Assembly (NCBI GenBank): GCA_039586795.1
Contig: JBDHJS010000084.1
Span: 1-10,310, forward strand
From: Gemmatimonadota bacterium
GTDB lineage: Bacteria; Gemmatimonadota; Gemmatimonadetes; Palauibacterales; KS3-K002
Direction of reading: 5' to 3'
Length of the DNA stretch: 10,310 nt
The translations under genes and the position numbers were made by a program. Numbering within the stretch: the stretch's first letter is position 1; every line of letters begins with the position of its first letter. Below the pieces are notes generated by a model that was not told the origin of the DNA, searched no databases, and saw nothing but the letters and a program-made list of their open reading frames with translations. This document shows, one piece after another, positions 7,109 through 10,310 of this stretch.

Positions 7109-8299
7109 CTACTGTAACGACCATATGTAAATGATGGAGCATACGGTCAGCCACAGTAGGGCCAGAATCCCAAATAGCCAGTACTCGATTTTTCGGAACG
7201 GCTGGCCGCCCTTCTTGCCGTGGTACCAAGAGCCTACAAGAACCGCCGGTAGGCCGGCGATCCCTAATGCCAAGGTGAACTTGTAGGCCAGCTCGGGCAC
7301 AACGTCACGGTCTGCCAACGGCTCGATGACTTGCAAGACACCCCACGCGATCAAGCAGTAGAGTATGACGATCTGCGGCATGCGCCGCGCCATGAGTTTG
7401 GACAGGAAGCTGCTCTGAAGAACCTCGAATGATCCTGACGTCGTGGGTGACGGCTCCGACAATCGCTCGGCGATGTCCGACGCGTTCGGCCGGTGCTCCG
7501 GCTCCTTTGCGAGACAGCGGAAAAGCAGGTCATCGAGCTTCCTGTCGATCCCGTCCCGAAGAGTGGAAACTCGGCGTGGTCGATCGCGAACGTGAGCGCG
7601 TATCAGATCCTGGCGACGTTCCGCGTCATATGGACTCCGTTTGGCGAGCGTGGCGTAACCGAGCAAACCCAGCCCATAGATATCGCTCAATTCTGTGATC
7701 GGCTGCGCCATGAGCTGTTCCGGGCTCATCCACATCGGGTCGCCGACCATCTCCCCGGTCTTCGTCAGCTTGTCACCCTCCTCTTGCTCGCCCGTTGACA
7801 GCACGCCGGCGATCCCGAAATCGGCCAGCAGATAACGACCGGTCTCCTCTTCGAACAGCACGTTGGCCGGCCGTACATCGCGATGCACGATCCCCTTGTG
7901 GTGGGCGGCGCTGAGCGCGGCGGCGATGTCTGACAGGGCTCTGCGACCTTCATCAACCGGTATCGCCTCCTCGGACTCCAGCCGATCAGCCAGCGTTCGC
8001 CCTTTCACATATTGCATGACGATGTAGGGGGCACCATTGGACAGCCGGTCGACGGCGTGTACGGCAACGATGTTCGGGTGGGTAAGGGAGGCAGCGGCCT
8101 GCGCCTCACGTTCGAAGCGCGCCAGCGCCCGAGGATCCTTGGTGAGCTTCGACGCCAGAACCTTTATTGCCACGAGCCGTTTGAGCCCCGGCTCACGGGC
8201 GAGAAACACGCTGGCCTTCGGCCCGCTACCCAGGCAACGAACGACTTTGAACCTGGGTGCGAGCTCGCTATTCAGCAGCTCTTCCAGCTTGTCCTCCAA
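7109..8299 (-). CDS. Hanks-type (eukaryotic-like) serine/threonine protein kinase family protein with C-terminal transmembrane module; atypical motifs
   Basis: 396 aa. VAIKVL, RFEREA, LTHPNIV, YIVMQYVKG, HRDVRPANV, DFG, MSPEQ, SDIYGLG and CLAKEPEHRP motifs. About three hydrophobic helices in the last ~90 aa. TTG start with GAGG/GGGAG upstream; the exact start is less certain. Confidence 0.93.
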   Translation of the reverse strand: MEDKLEELLNSELAPRFKVVRCLGSGPKASVFLAREPGLKRLVAIKVLASKLTKDPRALARFEREAQAAASLTHPNIVAVHAVDRLSNGAPYIVMQYVKGRTLADRLESEEAIPVDEGRRALSDIAAALSAAHHKGIVHRDVRPANVLFEEETGRYLLADFGIAGVLSTGEQEEGDKLTKTGEMVGDPMWMSPEQLMAQPITELSDIYGLGLLGYATLAKRSPYDAERRQDLIRAHVRDRPRRVSTLRDGIDRKLDDLLFRCLAKEPEHRPNASDIAERLSEPSPTTSGSFEVLQSSFLSKLMARRMPQIVILYCLIAWGVLQVIEPLADRDVVPELAYKFTLALGIAGLPAVLVGSWYHGKKGGQPFRKIEYWLFGILALLWLTVCSIIYIWSLQ

Positions 8300-8333
8300 G
8301 CTCCCGCCTCTTTCTTGTTGGCGCCAGGATGGC

Positions 8334-9581
8334 TCAGGCTTCGCCGGCGACTGCCTTGACGGTCTCGAGAATCTCCTCTTCGGTCAGCAGGCGCTCCGAT
8401 TTCTTGGCCAGCGCCATAACCGCGTCAATCACTTCTTGTGTCGTTGGCAGACCCCGCACCCGCAAGAAGTACTGGACGTTGGACGCGCCGGACATGTGGC
8501 CGACTTCGATCTCCTGCTCCCGACCCAGCCAGCTGGCCGGGACGCCGGAGTAGACGCGATCGGCCAGCCAGGACTGTCCTTTGCGTTTGGCTTTGATCAC
8601 GGCTGCGGCGTGCACTCCAGTAGCCGTGCGGAACGCGTCGCGGCCGACGATCGGCGTATTCACAGGGATGGGCACGTCCACGGCCTGCGACACGGTCTCC
8701 ACGTACTCGGGCAGCGCCGTGAGATCATCATCGCGCCAGCCGAGCAGCTTCAGGTTCACGAGCAGCTGCTCCATCGGCGTATTGCCGATCCGCTCGCCCA
8801 CGCCCAACGCCGTGCCATGCACGCGCGTGGCGCCGGCTTCCAGGGCTGCCAGAGTGTTAGCCACATCGAGTCCCCGGTCCCGATGCCCGTGCCAGTCGAT
8901 GCCGACCCGATCGTCGACACCCAGGTCTTTCAAGAGCTTCACTACCCAGGTCACCAGGTTGGTGACCCCGCGAGGTACCGCGGCGCCCACCGTATCGCAC
9001 AGACAGACGCGGCCGGCGCCCGCCTCGATGCCGGCGGTGAGCAACAGGCGCAGGTCGTCCGGATTGGCGCGGATCGTGTCCTCGGTGACATACATCACCT
9101 CGAGCCCTTCCCGCACCGCGAACTCCACCGCGTCTCGAGTGTGGCGAAGGATAAGGTCCAGATCCCACTCCTCGGCGTACTGACGGATCGGGCTCGAGCC
9201 GATGAAGACGCAGGCCTCGATGGGCACGCCCGTCTTCTGCGTCACGTCGGCGATCGGCTGGATGTCGACGATCACCGTGCGGGCGGCGCAGTTCGCCTTG
9301 ATGCGCAGATTGCCGTCGGAGATTTCCCGGCACAATGTCTCTACGGCGTTACGCTGTCGCGGCCCAGCGCCGGGCAACCCGATGTCGGCGGTCTCGATTC
9401 CCAGACTGTTCATCAGGTGGAGGATCTTGACCTTCACATCGGTGGGCGGGTCGACTACCGACGGGCTCTGCAAGCCGTCCCTCAGCGTTTCGTCATCGAG
9501 CATGGCACGGCGGGGCGGCTCCGGAACGTCACCGGCGACGGCCCAGTCGTAGACCAGCGTGTCTTCGGAAGGTACGGTCAC
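8334..9581 (-). CDS. 2-isopropylmalate synthase / homocitrate synthase (LeuA, DRE-TIM metallolyase) family protein, short form lacking the C-terminal allosteric domain; substrate uncertain
   Basis: 415 aa. DETLRDGLQ, EDT, LCDTVG, metal-binding HGH (WHGHRDRGL), GVGERIGN, PIVGRDAF, GVHAAAV and HMSGASNV motifs. GTG start with AGGGAG 7 nt upstream. Confidence 0.9.
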   Translation of the reverse strand: MTVPSEDTLVYDWAVAGDVPEPPRRAMLDDETLRDGLQSPSVVDPPTDVKVKILHLMNSLGIETADIGLPGAGPRQRNAVETLCREISDGNLRIKANCAARTVIVDIQPIADVTQKTGVPIEACVFIGSSPIRQYAEEWDLDLILRHTRDAVEFAVREGLEVMYVTEDTIRANPDDLRLLLTAGIEAGAGRVCLCDTVGAAVPRGVTNLVTWVVKLLKDLGVDDRVGIDWHGHRDRGLDVANTLAALEAGATRVHGTALGVGERIGNTPMEQLLVNLKLLGWRDDDLTALPEYVETVSQAVDVPIPVNTPIVGRDAFRTATGVHAAAVIKAKRKGQSWLADRVYSGVPASWLGREQEIEVGHMSGASNVQYFLRVRGLPTTQEVIDAVMALAKKSERLLTEEEILETVKAVAGEA

Positions 9582-9599
9582 CTTATCGCTCCCTGATTA

Positions 9600-10292
9600 T
9601 CAACGACCAAACTCGCGCGCACGCTTCAGCAGCTCCTTCGCCGTCGCTTCATCACCCTTCGACTCATGGATGTCGGCGAGGTGGTAGATGCCGCTGACCT
9701 CTTCCAGCCCGTCATCGATGGCGCGTTGGAACTCCCGGGCCGCCGCATCCAGGTCGCCCATGCGCTTATAGATCACACCGATGTGGTAGCGGGCCATCAA
9801 GTATTCGGGCGTCAACGCGGTGCACTTTTCGAAGTGCTCGAGCGCGTCATCCAAGTCGCCTATGTGATAGAGCGCGATGCCGAGTCGATAGTGGGCAGCG
9901 TTGTAGTTCGGGTCGATTTCCAGACAGTGCTTAAACGCGCGGATCGCCTTCGGCATGTTGCCCCGGTGGTAGCAGGCGACGCCAAGGTCGTAGGCACACT
10001 CCACGAACCGCGGCGCCAGCTCCAGAGCGTGCTCGTACCGCTGGATGGCCAGGTCGAGGGTGCCTTGGTGGTAGTACACATTCCCCAGTAGGTGGTTGGC
10101 GATCACATGATCCGGCTCCATCTCGATCAACCGCTCGATCTCGAGCCGCGCTTCCTTGTGCGAACCCTCGATCTCATGCGTTGCCGAATGCAGCAACCGG
10201 TGGTCGATGAAGGCGTCACGCAGGAACATGCCGCATTCGGCACAGAACTTATCGGTATCGGCCGCCTCGCGGCCGCATCTCGTACATCTCAT
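9600..10292 (-). CDS. Tetratricopeptide-repeat protein with N-terminal zinc ribbon
   Basis: 230 aa. CTRC-x10-CAEC at the N-terminus, then about six 34-residue TPR units (e.g. VIANHLLGNVYYHQGTLDLAIQRYEHALELAPRF). AGGAG RBS; tandem TGA TAA stops. Confidence 0.9.
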   Translation of the reverse strand: MRCTRCGREAADTDKFCAECGMFLRDAFIDHRLLHSATHEIEGSHKEARLEIERLIEMEPDHVIANHLLGNVYYHQGTLDLAIQRYEHALELAPRFVECAYDLGVACYHRGNMPKAIRAFKHCLEIDPNYNAAHYRLGIALYHIGDLDDALEHFEKCTALTPEYLMARYHIGVIYKRMGDLDAAAREFQRAIDDGLEEVSGIYHLADIHESKGDEATAKELLKRAREFGR

Positions 10293-10310
10293 GGGTTGTT
10301 TCTCCTAACC

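Noticed and set aside
7075..8333. Target-site duplication or mobile-element ends around the kinase (both gaps 34 nt)
   Set aside because: The gaps share only CATCC. There are no terminal repeats and no transposase or integrase, so equal length is likely coincidence.
8037..9596. 519-aa plus-strand ORF, and similar long plus-strand ORFs at 421-1056, 1065-1760, 3063-4175, 4915-6024, 6043-7134 and 9666-10091
   Set aside because: Antisense shadows of well-supported minus-strand genes. High-GC codon bias suppresses stops on the opposite strand, and none has recognisable motifs.
1..10310. CRISPR array, tRNA/rRNA, defence system, RiPP cluster (kinase plus S9 peptidase) or stop-codon recoding
   Set aside because: No spaced direct repeats or RNA-gene structure. 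No precursor peptide, lyase or cyclase domain. All intact genes end where their families normally end.

Overview
GC-rich bacterial DNA with all real genes on the minus strand, in two blocks. Block 1 (10292->2820) is a tightly spaced probable operon: zinc-ribbon/TPR protein, short LeuA-family acetyl-CoA:2-oxoacid condensing enzyme, membrane-anchored Hanks-type kinase with atypical catalytic motifs, indolepyruvate:ferredoxin oxidoreductase iorA-iorB, and a lipoprotein S9 peptidase, closed by a clear intrinsic terminator (2755-2791). Block 2 (2648->1) has a frameshifted and possibly chimeric outer-membrane beta-barrel gene, a Tat-exported M19 dipeptidase-like protein missing part of its metal site, and a lipoprotein GH29 alpha-L-fucosidase that runs off the window edge. 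The fucosidase is absent from the supplied ORF track and was translated by hand. No rRNA, tRNA, CRISPR array or mobile element was seen. The most unusual signals are the kinase's tyrosine-kinase-like substitutions (HRDVRPAN; GDPMWMSPE), the LeuA-like/IOR/kinase gene association, and a possible TonB-dependent-receptor C-terminal remnant upstream of two degenerate secreted hydrolases. All family calls are from motif recognition only; no database searches were run.
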